A stretch of 64,000 nucleotides of DNA from assembly GCA_001788795.1 (NCBI GenBank), contig MFXH01000004.1, positions 6,831 through 70,830 of the forward strand, written 5' to 3'. This DNA comes from Candidatus Peregrinibacteria bacterium RIFOXYA2_FULL_41_18 (GTDB lineage: Bacteria > Patescibacteriota > Gracilibacteria > UBA1369 > UBA12470). Positions 17,131 to 25,988 of this stretch are shown piece after piece (within the stretch, counting starts at the first letter, position 1; every line of letters begins with the position of its first letter). A program made the translations under genes and the position numbers. Below the pieces are notes generated by a model that made no database searches, had not been told where the DNA came from, and saw only the letters and a list, made by a program, of their open reading frames with translations.

Positions 17131-17481
17131 ATGACCAGAGTAAAACGAAGCGTCACGGTAAGAAGGCGCCATAAAAAAATGCTTAAGCTTACAAAAGGCT
17201 ACCGAGGAGGAAGGAAAAACCTCTTCACGATGGCCAAGAATGCCGCTGCAAAAGCCGGTGTTCATGCTTATGAAGACAGGAGATTAAAGAGAAGAAATTT
17301 CAGGAGCTTATGGATTATGAGAATCAATGCAGCTCTTCGAGCTCAAGGGTTTATGTACAGCAGATTTATCAAGGCTATGGCTGAAAAGAAAATTATTGTC
17401 GATCGAAAAATGCTTGCTGAATTGGCAGTCAAAGAGCCTGCGGTGTTCAATAAGATCGTCGAGGCGGCAATGGCGAAGTAA
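17131..17481 (+). CDS. rplT: ribosomal protein L20
   Basis: MTRVKRSVTVRRRHKKMLKLTKGYRGG... is a typical L20. Confidence 0.95.
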   Translation: MTRVKRSVTVRRRHKKMLKLTKGYRGGRKNLFTMAKNAAAKAGVHAYEDRRLKRRNFRSLWIMRINAALRAQGFMYSRFIKAMAEKKIIVDRKMLAELAVKEPAVFNKIVEAAMAK

Positions 17482-17482
17482 T

Positions 17483-17526
17483 TGAAGAAGTAGGGGAAGT
17501 TGGGGAAGTATGGGAAGTGACGTAGT
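17483..17526 (+). repeat. family A composite repeat (4 x NGGGGAAGT-type 9-mers + GACGTAGT)
   Basis: Units are tgaagaagt aggggaagt tggggaagt atgggaagt gacgtagt. The element starts 2 nt after the rplT stop. Confidence 0.9.
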
Positions 17527-17536
17527 TAAAATTCAA

Positions 17537-17570
17537 GAGCCCTTCGGCGGAAACCGGAGGGCTTTTTTTG
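17537..17570 (+). terminator. rho-independent terminator after rplT
   Basis: AGCCCTTCGG-cggaaa-CCGGAGGGCT stem (one mismatch) followed by a T7 run. Confidence 0.75.
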
Positions 17571-17581
17571 TTGCACATGCC

Positions 17582-17854
17582 CTAGTGCTTGATCGAGAAA
17601 TCAACAATTGATGCGTCAGGGGTGGCTGCAGATTTTGATATCGATTTTACCTCCGCCAAATCAGGACCTTTTCCGAGTAACTTAATAAGACTGTCTAGAT
17701 TTTCCCCATCTCCCTGAATAAATGCCGAAACCGTTCCTTCAGGATCGTTTTTCACCCAGCCGGTAATTCCAAAGCTTAGTGCTGCATCTATCGTAAACTG
17801 ACGAAACCAAACACCTTGGACATGGCCCGCAATTGTCAGTTTGTATGCAATCAT
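17582..17854 (-). CDS. acyP: acylphosphatase
   Basis: A 90-aa protein with the GHVQGVWFRQ signature and GWVKNDPEGTV. Confidence 0.88.
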   Translation of the reverse strand: MIAYKLTIAGHVQGVWFRQFTIDAALSFGITGWVKNDPEGTVSAFIQGDGENLDSLIKLLGKGPDLAEVKSISKSAATPDASIVDFSIKH

Positions 17855-17874
17855 ATGAGCTACGCTATAGAATA

Positions 17875-19326
17875 ATGATTTTGGAAGACGAATTCATCAT
17901 GTGGATTCTTGGCTTACGCGAGTGGTTTTTTAACTTTTCTATCTGGCTGAATTATGGTAGTATTTTTTGCCAAGGTCAATTTAACAATCTGGATTTTCGC
18001 TATCATTTCGAGCAATATTATCATATGAATTTTGGCAGTAAAATTAAAAGCAGGGGAAAGGCGTTCGTTTTTTGGTATTTGATGAAACTTGCTAAATACA
18101 GGCTCGGTCATCTGAAGGCTGATATAATTGGCGTTACCGGATCTGTGGGCAAGACCAGTACAAAAGATGCTATTTATTGCGTACTCTCTCGCAGAAATCA
18201 CGTTCTTCGTAATCAGAAAAGTTACAATACCGAGTTCGGCGTTTTGCTTGCTTTGCTTGAACAGGAATCGGGATTTTCTTCACCTTACCTTTGGATTGAG
18301 ACGCTTTTTCAAGCTTTTAAAACAGCATTTTTCGGCAAAAAAGATTATTCAAAAATTGTTATTGAAATGGGCGTCGATAAACCCGGCGACATGGATGTTT
18401 TGCTCAAGATTATCAAGCCTTCAATCGGCGTTTTAACAGCAATCAAACCTGTTCATTTGGCCGAAGGGCAGTTCTCAAATCTCGAAGAAATTCTCAATGA
18501 AAAAGCGAAAATGGTTAAGCGCATGGGGAAAAACGAATGGGCCATATTGAATATAGACGACCATTATTTAAGCCTGCTTGCGAATTCGCTCGATGCAAAT
18601 GTAATTACTTATGGAACGGGCGAGAAGGCGAATATACGCGCGACCGACTTGGAAAGTTCTGATGACGGATTACGTTTTAATTTGTCTTTTGACGACAAGA
18701 CGTTCCCCGTACATCTACCAAATTTAATAGGCAAGCATCACGTTTATGTTGTTTTGCCCGCCATTGCAGTCGGGTTTTTGACAGGGTTTAAATGGGAAAC
18801 CATTAAGGCGGGACTTGATGATTTCAGACTTCCTCCCGGCAGATTTGGATTGATCGCAGGCATGAATAAAAGCACTATTATTGATGCTTCTTACAATGCA
18901 TCTCCCGAAACAATGCTGGCATCTCTTGATGTTCTCAAGGACATGCGGCCGAAAGGGATAGGGAAGAGGATTGCGGTGCTCGGCAACATGAATGAACTCG
19001 GAGATTTAACAGATAGCGAGCATCGAAAAGTCGGTATGGTTGTTCCTAAATGTGCAGAGATGCTTATTACTGTCGGTGAATCCGCCAAGCTGTATGCCGA
19101 AGAGGCTATTAAGGGCGGAATGGACAAGGGCTTGGTGTTTAGCTTCGACGATGCGAAAATTGCCGGAGAATTTCTGAAAGCAAAAATCAAAGTTGGAGAT
19201 GTTATACTCGTCAAAGGATCTCAAAACAAAGTAAGGCTCGAAAGATTGGTAAAAGAAATTATGGCGGAGCCGGAAAAGGCTAGGGAATTACTTGTAAGAC
19301 AGGATGGAATTTGGGATGGAATTTGA
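17875..19326 (+). CDS. murF: UDP-MurNAc-tripeptide--D-alanyl-D-alanine ligase (Mur ligase family)
   Basis: GVTGSVGKTSTKD P-loop, NTEFGVLLALL, EMGVDKPGDM. The start is uncertain (17833, 17875 or 17899). The earliest candidate overlaps acyP. Confidence 0.8.
   Translation: MILEDEFIMWILGLREWFFNFSIWLNYGSIFCQGQFNNLDFRYHFEQYYHMNFGSKIKSRGKAFVFWYLMKLAKYRLGHLKADIIGVTGSVGKTSTKDAIYCVLSRRNHVLRNQKSYNTEFGVLLALLEQESGFSSPYLWIETLFQAFKTAFFGKKDYSKIVIEMGVDKPGDMDVLLKIIKPSIGVLTAIKPVHLAEGQFSNLEEILNEKAKMVKRMGKNEWAILNIDDHYLSLLANSLDANVITYGTGEKANIRATDLESSDDGLRFNLSFDDKTFPVHLPNLIGKHHVYVVLPAIAVGFLTGFKWETIKAGLDDFRLPPGRFGLIAGMNKSTIIDASYNASPETMLASLDVLKDMRPKGIGKRIAVLGNMNELGDLTDSEHRKVGMVVPKCAEMLITVGESAKLYAEEAIKGGMDKGLVFSFDDAKIAGEFLKAKIKVGDVILVKGSQNKVRLERLVKEIMAEPEKARELLVRQDGIWDGI
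19302..19325 (+). repeat. perfect 12-nt tandem duplication (ggatggaatttg x2) at the murF stop
   Basis: Read directly. It encodes the terminal DGIWDGI, and the stop codon lies in the second copy. Confidence 0.85.
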
Positions 19327-19422
19327 TTTTCATCTCTCGCTAGTCCTCGGTCGAAATAAAAACAAATTCCATAAACATCGAAAGTCTTCTATAATCGGGT
19401 TGATTTTATAAAAAACAAAAAC

Positions 19423-19797
19423 ATGAAAAAAATTGCGATTATTTTCGTTCTATCTTTGATTCAAATTGTTTTTTTCGGCTGTGGCGAAAAAGCAGAAACC
19501 GTAATCCCAACTGCGTCTATTGATGCTCCGACTTCTGACAATACCGGTGCGCAGTCTTACTCCGTAAATATATCAGGCTATGCATTTGATCCGGCCGAAT
19601 TAACCATAGTGGCCGGTGACAGCGTTACGTGGACCAATCTTGATAGCGTCGCGCATTCTATCGTGGCGGACAGTTTTTCCTCCGATAATTTCTCAACAAA
19701 TGAATCTTTTACATATACTTTTGATGCTACCGGAGTTTATGAATATTTCTGCGGTCCACATCCAAATATGACAGGAATAATAACTGTTACGAAATGA
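19423..19797 (+). CDS. lipoprotein-type blue copper protein (cupredoxin, plastocyanin/amicyanin-like)
   Basis: Signal peptide plus lipobox (VFFGC). Type-1 Cu ligand pattern H (VAHS) ... C-GPH-PNM (YFCGPHPNMTG). Confidence 0.8.
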   Translation: MKKIAIIFVLSLIQIVFFGCGEKAETVIPTASIDAPTSDNTGAQSYSVNISGYAFDPAELTIVAGDSVTWTNLDSVAHSIVADSFSSDNFSTNESFTYTFDATGVYEYFCGPHPNMTGIITVTK

Positions 19798-20648
19798 ACA
19801 AATTGAATGCTGAAAAAATTCGCGAACAGACAATAAAAGAGGCTGCCTCTCTGGAAAGCGGTCACAAAGATATTAAGGCGATTGGCATTTCCGGATCAGC
19901 CAGAGACGAGTCCGACATGGCTCTTGAGGACAGCAATTCTGAATTTCTGCTCAATTGCACGCTTGATGAGCTGAAGAAACTCGGCGCGAAAACAGAGCTT
20001 TTGCAATTAAGAAAATATGATATCAAGCCTTGCAAAGCTTGTTACTCAACTACAAATGCGCATTGTCACTTCCCATGCTCTTGCTATCCAAAAGGTACGC
20101 CGAAAGGGGATGATATGAGCAATGTTTTATACGAAAAAGTTTTGGATGCCGATATTATTATCTTTGCGACACCCGTTAATAATTTCAAGGTGTCATCGCT
20201 CATGGCGCTGTTTTTGGACAGATGTATAAGTCTTGACGGAAGCCTTTCGCCGGTGAATCCAGACGCCCCAAAGGATAAAGCATTGAATATCGAACATTCC
20301 AAATTCATATCCGCACATGCCGATCAGTCTGTGTATGGAAGCGGATTTCTTCGAAGATTTGCGGGAAAGGTCGGTGGCATTATCGTAACCGGACATGAGG
20401 CTGGAGCGGCCATGACGATTTCGCAAATGTTTATGACATTAAGTCATTTCGGAATGGCGTTCCCTCCTTTTTCAAACATGTACGCAATGGCATCAATTGA
20501 AAACGGAACTTATAACGACAAGGCCGTTGTTACCGGTTCTGTTTATATAAAAGATGCAAAATTGTTGGCTGCAAATGTTATGACAATGACCAAGTCTTTG
20601 AAGAAAATAAAACCTTCGCAGTGGGCTTATGACTATTCGGTGAATTGA
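19794..20648 (+). CDS. flavodoxin-fold NAD(P)H-dependent FMN reductase-like protein with a Cys cluster (iron-sulfur flavoprotein-like)
   Basis: IGISGSAR..., ADIIIFATPVNNF and the Cys-rich insert CKACYSTTNAHCHFPCSC. It overlaps the cupredoxin gene by 4 nt (ATGA). Confidence 0.6.
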   Translation: MNKLNAEKIREQTIKEAASLESGHKDIKAIGISGSARDESDMALEDSNSEFLLNCTLDELKKLGAKTELLQLRKYDIKPCKACYSTTNAHCHFPCSCYPKGTPKGDDMSNVLYEKVLDADIIIFATPVNNFKVSSLMALFLDRCISLDGSLSPVNPDAPKDKALNIEHSKFISAHADQSVYGSGFLRRFAGKVGGIIVTGHEAGAAMTISQMFMTLSHFGMAFPPFSNMYAMASIENGTYNDKAVVTGSVYIKDAKLLAANVMTMTKSLKKIKPSQWAYDYSVN

Positions 20649-20719
20649 TATGATACGGCATAACAAGTATGTTTTTTCGATGTTTTCTGCTATGATTTTT
20701 CCCTATATTATTTTATTTC

Positions 20720-21703
20720 ATGCTATACAAGTGGCCGATAATCGGACATGAACAACAGGTTTCCAAGCTCGAAAATGATTTGAGCGGCGGAAATCTTAGT
20801 CATGCTTATTTGTTTGTCGGGCCGGATAAGGTGGGTAAGTTTTTGGTCGCCAAAACGCTTGCCGGAATTTTGCAATGTTCGAATAATTATTGCCGAAGGT
20901 GTCCTACTTGCATACAGATAGAAAAAGGGGCTCATATCGATACGATCGAAATTCGCGATAATGGCGAGTCTATAAAGATTGAGGAAGTTAGAACTCTTGT
21001 CGGAACGTTGCAGATGACTGCGCAGAGCAATTATAAAATCGTTCTCATCGACAACATTGGTCGCATGACTCCGGATGCGATCGGCAGTTTCCTTAAAACG
21101 CTTGAGGAGCCGACCAGTAAAACTCTTTTTTTGATGACTGCGAATAATCTTCTTGAACTCCCTTCGACGATTGTTTCGCGAGCCCGAGTCATGAAATTCC
21201 CATCTTTATCGGATAAAAAACTTAGGCTGAAAATTGACGAAATGAAGGCGGATTTGAAGATAGAATCCGGACAAGAAATGATAGAAAAAGCTTCCATGTT
21301 GTCGCTTGGCAGACCCGGAAAAGCGATTGAACTTCTGAGAGACCGCGATGCCATGACGGAATATTTGAGATTTTATAACGATATTCGATCCTTTTTTCGA
21401 GACAAAGATTTAACAAAAAGATTTTTATATGTTCAAGGACTTGCACAGTCGATAGCCGATGACGAAGAGGAAGATAATGATGATTTGGATGTTTTTTTGG
21501 AAATTTTCGTGCATATTGCAAGAAGTTTACTGAATGCAAAAATCGAGTCCCCAAGCGGAGAAAACGAGGATTATCCGGAAGTCATGAGATTTTCAAAACA
21601 GGCGCTTCTCAATTTGATTCACAAAATCGACGAAACGCGCTATCTTATTGCGCGCAATGTTAACACCAAGTTGGCATTGGAGAACTTAATGCTTTCGTTT
21701 TAA
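20720..21703 (+). CDS. holB: DNA polymerase III delta' subunit
   Basis: HAYLFVGPDKVGK, Zn module C..CRRCPTC, KTLEEP, SRAR sensor motif. Confidence 0.85.
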   Translation: MLYKWPIIGHEQQVSKLENDLSGGNLSHAYLFVGPDKVGKFLVAKTLAGILQCSNNYCRRCPTCIQIEKGAHIDTIEIRDNGESIKIEEVRTLVGTLQMTAQSNYKIVLIDNIGRMTPDAIGSFLKTLEEPTSKTLFLMTANNLLELPSTIVSRARVMKFPSLSDKKLRLKIDEMKADLKIESGQEMIEKASMLSLGRPGKAIELLRDRDAMTEYLRFYNDIRSFFRDKDLTKRFLYVQGLAQSIADDEEEDNDDLDVFLEIFVHIARSLLNAKIESPSGENEDYPEVMRFSKQALLNLIHKIDETRYLIARNVNTKLALENLMLSF

Positions 21704-21712
21704 CAAATCAGT

Positions 21713-22573
21713 ATGTCCAAGAAAAATCTTGCTCACGGAATATCTTCTTTTTTTCATTATAAAACTGTGTATGTCCCCGCTCTCAGCGGCGACGAGTACG
21801 CCAAAGGTGATATGGTTGTTTTCAGCGATGATGAGGGCAAGAACGAAATAGGCGAAATTATCATTGCAAACGCCGATGTCTCAAAAGACGATTTGTCGCC
21901 GACCGCAGAGATTTTGAGAAAGGCGACTCAAAACGACCTTCAGAAAATGCACGCAAATAAAGAGCTTTCCGGCGAAGCGAATGAGGCTTGCAAAGATTTG
22001 ATTGGCAAGTTTTCTCTCAGCATGACGCTTATCGATACCGTTATATCTTTGGATGGCAGCAGAATGAATTTTATTTTTACCTCCGAGGACAGAGTGGATT
22101 TCCGCGAACTTGTTAAGGAATTGGCGAAAAAGTTTCAAAAACAAATTCATCTTCAGCAGATAGGGCCGCGTGATAAGGCAAGGTTCGTACGCGGATATGG
22201 TAAGTGCGGTCGAATGCTCTGTTGCGGTCAAACCATCGGAAAATTACGAAGTATTACAATGGACATGGTGCGCGTGCAGGGCATGTCGAATAAAGGGAGC
22301 GATAAGCTGTCTGGAGTATGCGGGAAACTGATGTGCTGTTTGTCGCACGAGGTTGCGGAATATGACGAGCTCCGCAAGAACATTCCTCCTTTTTTGAGCC
22401 ATGTTGTTTTGAAAGATGGCAAGAGTGGAATACTTAGGGGTATGGATATCTTGAATCAAAAAATGCGATTGGATGGCGAGAAAGAGTCTTTTATGGCTAA
22501 CGTTGCCGATATTAAAAAATTCACACCTCCGAAAGGCGAAGGCCATTCCGAGAGCGAAAATTCTTTAATGTAA
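21713..22573 (+). CDS. PSP1 domain protein (YaaT/RicT-like)
   Basis: PSP1 C-terminal domain (FIFTSEDRVDFRELVKELAKKF...LQQIGPRD) and Cys-rich tail (GKCGRMLCC ... CGKLMCC). Conserved position after holB. Confidence 0.8.
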   Translation: MSKKNLAHGISSFFHYKTVYVPALSGDEYAKGDMVVFSDDEGKNEIGEIIIANADVSKDDLSPTAEILRKATQNDLQKMHANKELSGEANEACKDLIGKFSLSMTLIDTVISLDGSRMNFIFTSEDRVDFRELVKELAKKFQKQIHLQQIGPRDKARFVRGYGKCGRMLCCGQTIGKLRSITMDMVRVQGMSNKGSDKLSGVCGKLMCCLSHEVAEYDELRKNIPPFLSHVVLKDGKSGILRGMDILNQKMRLDGEKESFMANVADIKKFTPPKGEGHSESENSLM

Positions 22574-22577
22574 AAAT

Positions 22578-23348
22578 ATGTTTGTTGTTAAACTTCTTAT
22601 TTTAATCGGAGGGTTCGTGTTTTTAAGCGTCATATTCGTTAGAAGATTATTTCTTATACTCACTGAGAATAAGATGCAGACCAAGCTGAAGCGCGAACTA
22701 GATCTTGATATGCGCAGGCAAAAGGCTTCTCAGCCTGACGTTATTGCTCAAATGGCTGCCGCCGCACCTGCCGAATCAAAAAAAGCATGCAAATCCGGAA
22801 ATGTTCGAAGTTTGTTTAAAAAAGGCGAGATGAAGTTTGCCAAAAACGATCTGGAGGAAGCGGAAAGATGTTTTGTCCAAATTGTTTCTCTAGAAGATAC
22901 GCATTTGGAGGCGAATTTATACCTCGGACTTATTTATCTTAAACAAAAGAACTTTCCGAAAGCGGAATTCTTTTTCCATAAACTTGTAAATCTCAAGAAA
23001 GATCCCGTTTATTACAGCAACTTGGGATTGGCATTGTATCAGCAGGGGAGGTTGCTTGAAGCAGCAGAAGCTTATGAAAGCGCTGTTGTTCTCGATGACA
23101 AACGCGCCGCTCGTTTCGCAAGCTTGGCGCAAGTGTATCGCGAACTTTCCAATGACGAAAAAGCTCTTATCAACTTCGAGCGCGCCAGTCAAAAATCCCC
23201 TCGAAATCTCGACTATCTATGGGCTACTCTTGAATACTACCAAAAACTCTCCAGAGCCGATGATGTGGCAGCAACTGCCGACAGAATCCTCGATCTCGAT
23301 CCTTATAACGAAGACGCCAAACGGATTAGGGATGGCAACAAGGCTTGA
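22578..23348 (+). CDS. membrane-anchored TPR-repeat protein
   Basis: An N-terminal TM segment and several 34-aa TPR-like units (LEEAERCF, ANLYLGLIYLKQKNFPKAEFFF, NLGLALYQQGRLLEAAEAYE). Confidence 0.7.
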   Translation: MFVVKLLILIGGFVFLSVIFVRRLFLILTENKMQTKLKRELDLDMRRQKASQPDVIAQMAAAAPAESKKACKSGNVRSLFKKGEMKFAKNDLEEAERCFVQIVSLEDTHLEANLYLGLIYLKQKNFPKAEFFFHKLVNLKKDPVYYSNLGLALYQQGRLLEAAEAYESAVVLDDKRAARFASLAQVYRELSNDEKALINFERASQKSPRNLDYLWATLEYYQKLSRADDVAATADRILDLDPYNEDAKRIRDGNKA

Positions 23349-23431
23349 CTTTTTTCGAAGTTATGGCGGCATGGCCATTTGACCTCTTTACTTGCTTGTT
23401 TTTAGGATTACAATTGCTTCATAGGTTTCAT

Positions 23432-23461
23432 CTTGACATTATGTCAAGAACCTATTAGGAT
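23432..23461 (+). promoter_or_regulatory. promoter (TTGACA-17 nt-TAGGAT) whose -35 lies in a perfect 17-bp palindrome
   Basis: CTTGACAT-T-ATGTCAAG (23432-23448) is perfectly palindromic. The TAGGAT -10 is at 23456-23461. Confidence 0.5.
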
Positions 23462-23482
23462 TACAGCCTTTTAAAGTCACAC

Positions 23483-24898
23483 ATGGGTTCTCCTTCAGGG
23501 AATAAACTAGCGCCAGCCAATAGACCTTCTCCTTCTGTAGATAACGATATGTTGTCGCCGGAGGGTGATGTCGCAGGTTCCGATGACGCCTGTTCTTCTC
23601 CCGCTCCCGCAGAAAATGAAGATTTAATGACCGGACCTGACATAGACGGTATTAGTCCAGAGCCGTGTAATGATGTCGATGATGTCAGATTGATTTCTGA
23701 TACTGTTTCGGATGCTGCTTCCGGTGCTGTTGAAACCGCAGAAGAAAAAAAAGAGAGGTTCAACAGGGAAAGTGCAAGAAGGTTCGGAGAGTTGCCGGAT
23801 TACGTTGATAGAAAACTAAAGGAAGACCGAGAGTTCCCTATAAAAGGAAATCTTTGTGTTGCCGAATATGTACGCATGTACTTGGAATTCTTGGTTAAAA
23901 AACATTTGATATACTCTTTTTTGACAGAAGAAGAAAAAGATAGGATTTTCAGCGACGAGAATAATCCGATTTCGACTTCCAACGGTACCGCAGGAAAAAA
24001 ACGAATCAACTCTATAGCAAAATATTTTAGAGATCCATGCGCCAGCTTGAGTTATCTTGCTGAATTTTCTCAACATCCAGATCCTGACGACATAACAGGT
24101 GAATCACCAAGTATTCCTTCTGCGGGAATGATAGGCCAAAGGGGAAATGAAATTGCAGACTCAATGCGTATTGAAAGCGGTCTCAACGACATAAGGGATC
24201 GTATTACTACTGAACATGCATCTTTCTTTAAGAGAATACCCGAATTCAAACTTATTGATGTCGGACCTGCCATCGGAGCCATATCGACAATGCTCGCGCT
24301 AAAAGTACTTGATTCTTATGGACTGCTTTCGCGAACCAAGATAACGCTTGTTGATATTTCACAAAGAGTGCTGGAGAAGAATAAGCGTGGTGAATACGAT
24401 ATTGCAAACGAAAAATTTGTGGCAAGATCTTTTGGTTCGAGAGATTATTTCAGAATGCTGAAACACCATGTAGTAATGGCTTCCGATACGCTTTGTTGCG
24501 CCGTTGAAGACGGAATGCCGACCCTTGAAGATGACTCTTTTGATTTAGCACTTATGTGTTTCTTCGGCCATCACGTCCCCGATGAATACAAGCAAGCAGC
24601 TTTTGACGCCGTAACGCGAGTTACCGGAGGCGCAATATGTTTAGCCGATGAAACTAAAGAAGCTCATGAAGCTTTTTTGAGAGCCAGAGCAAAAGATGAG
24701 CCTACCGATCCCGCGCCGGAAGAGCCGGAAACACTGGAAATTTCCAGAGGAAGATTCCCTAATACAACCGAAAGAACTTGCACTTTTGCCCCTGGAAATC
24801 TCTGGTATGCACATTGGCGCGTAAAACATCCGGCCGATGATTACGGTCAACACTTCAATCTTAATCCCGAAGAAGAAGAGGATGGCGGCGAAGAATAA
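23483..24898 (+). CDS. orphan protein: acidic/Pro-Ser-rich N-terminus plus a Rossmann-type SAM-methyltransferase-like C-terminal half
   Basis: Motif-I-like LIDVGPAIGAIS, motif-II-like ITLVDIS, FDLALMCFFGHHV, GGAICLADE. No specific family was recognised. Confidence 0.45.
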   Translation: MGSPSGNKLAPANRPSPSVDNDMLSPEGDVAGSDDACSSPAPAENEDLMTGPDIDGISPEPCNDVDDVRLISDTVSDAASGAVETAEEKKERFNRESARRFGELPDYVDRKLKEDREFPIKGNLCVAEYVRMYLEFLVKKHLIYSFLTEEEKDRIFSDENNPISTSNGTAGKKRINSIAKYFRDPCASLSYLAEFSQHPDPDDITGESPSIPSAGMIGQRGNEIADSMRIESGLNDIRDRITTEHASFFKRIPEFKLIDVGPAIGAISTMLALKVLDSYGLLSRTKITLVDISQRVLEKNKRGEYDIANEKFVARSFGSRDYFRMLKHHVVMASDTLCCAVEDGMPTLEDDSFDLALMCFFGHHVPDEYKQAAFDAVTRVTGGAICLADETKEAHEAFLRARAKDEPTDPAPEEPETLEISRGRFPNTTERTCTFAPGNLWYAHWRVKHPADDYGQHFNLNPEEEEDGGEE

Positions 24899-24904
24899 AG
24901 TGTT

Positions 24905-25978
24905 TTAGAAAGGATTTACCCATTCCGCTCCCGTCACGTATCTAATGCATAACAACAATAGCAACGGAACGGCTATTACAAGATATCCTGCTCGCAATAG
25001 GTTGTTTTTTATTGTCCCTAGAATCATAAACATCGGAAAGGCGACTAATAAATATCGCGAATAGCCTTCAAGATTTGACGAGCAGAGCGGCGGCAAAAGA
25101 ACGGCAAGGCAGTATAATAAATATTGTTTTGGCAGACGTTTGTAAACTTGCCATGTCAAAATTGCTGTAAATAAAAAGCATGCGAGATTCCATGCGTTAT
25201 AGATGCTCAGTCCGCTTATTGCGTTAATTATCGGCACGTAGGGAAGCGACAAAGTCTTCCCGAACCCTTCATGTTGTTTCAAGAAAATTAGCGGATCTCC
25301 CGATGTGACTGCATAAATCAATAAAACCGCCAAGACACCGAGAATAGGGGAGAGTATCGCCAAGATTTTTTTCAACTTATTACTCTTAAAATCTTGAAGT
25401 GCCACATATGCGATTGGCAGAATGAGCATGCCTCCGACTTCGCGCGTCATCGCAGCAAAAAATGCGGCAACCGCAACGGCAAGCCAGTTTTTCCCCCGCA
25501 AAAAATACATAACCGCAATCCCCAAAAATAAAAACATCCCTTCGGTATAAATCGCCGTAAAGAAAAATGCGGTCGGGAAAAAGAATAAAAATACATTCGC
25601 CCACAAACCAATCTTCTCGTCCTTAAACTCCTCTTTGCAAATCTTGAAAAGCAAGTAGGCGGCTGCGAAAGAAAATCCTAAATTGAGCAATAAGCCGGCA
25701 AGGGCGTAATTGCCGAGCGTTAAATAAGATGCCAATTTCAACACTATCGGGTAAAGCGGGAAATATGCAAAATATCTGCCGAAATATCCGTCACGCGCTA
25801 TTTGAATATAAGAATTTGCATCCCAGAGCGACCACTGATTCAGAAACTCTAAACCGCTATCGTAAGTCTGAATGTTTTCATAATAAATAGTCCCCAATGG
25901 CAAAAACATTCCAGCAACAAGCGCAGTAATAAAAAGAGTTATCTTGTTTCCGATCAATAATGTGAGAAGTTTCTTCAT
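24905..25978 (-). CDS. polytopic membrane protein, PIG-V/GT-C mannosyltransferase-like
   Basis: Signature WDANSYIQIARDGY...FAYFPLYP and about 9 TM segments. The start was set at ATG 25978. Confidence 0.55.
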   Translation of the reverse strand: MKKLLTLLIGNKITLFITALVAGMFLPLGTIYYENIQTYDSGLEFLNQWSLWDANSYIQIARDGYFGRYFAYFPLYPIVLKLASYLTLGNYALAGLLLNLGFSFAAAYLLFKICKEEFKDEKIGLWANVFLFFFPTAFFFTAIYTEGMFLFLGIAVMYFLRGKNWLAVAVAAFFAAMTREVGGMLILPIAYVALQDFKSNKLKKILAILSPILGVLAVLLIYAVTSGDPLIFLKQHEGFGKTLSLPYVPIINAISGLSIYNAWNLACFLFTAILTWQVYKRLPKQYLLYCLAVLLPPLCSSNLEGYSRYLLVAFPMFMILGTIKNNLLRAGYLVIAVPLLLLLCIRYVTGAEWVNPF

Positions 25979-25988
25979 CGGTATTTTT

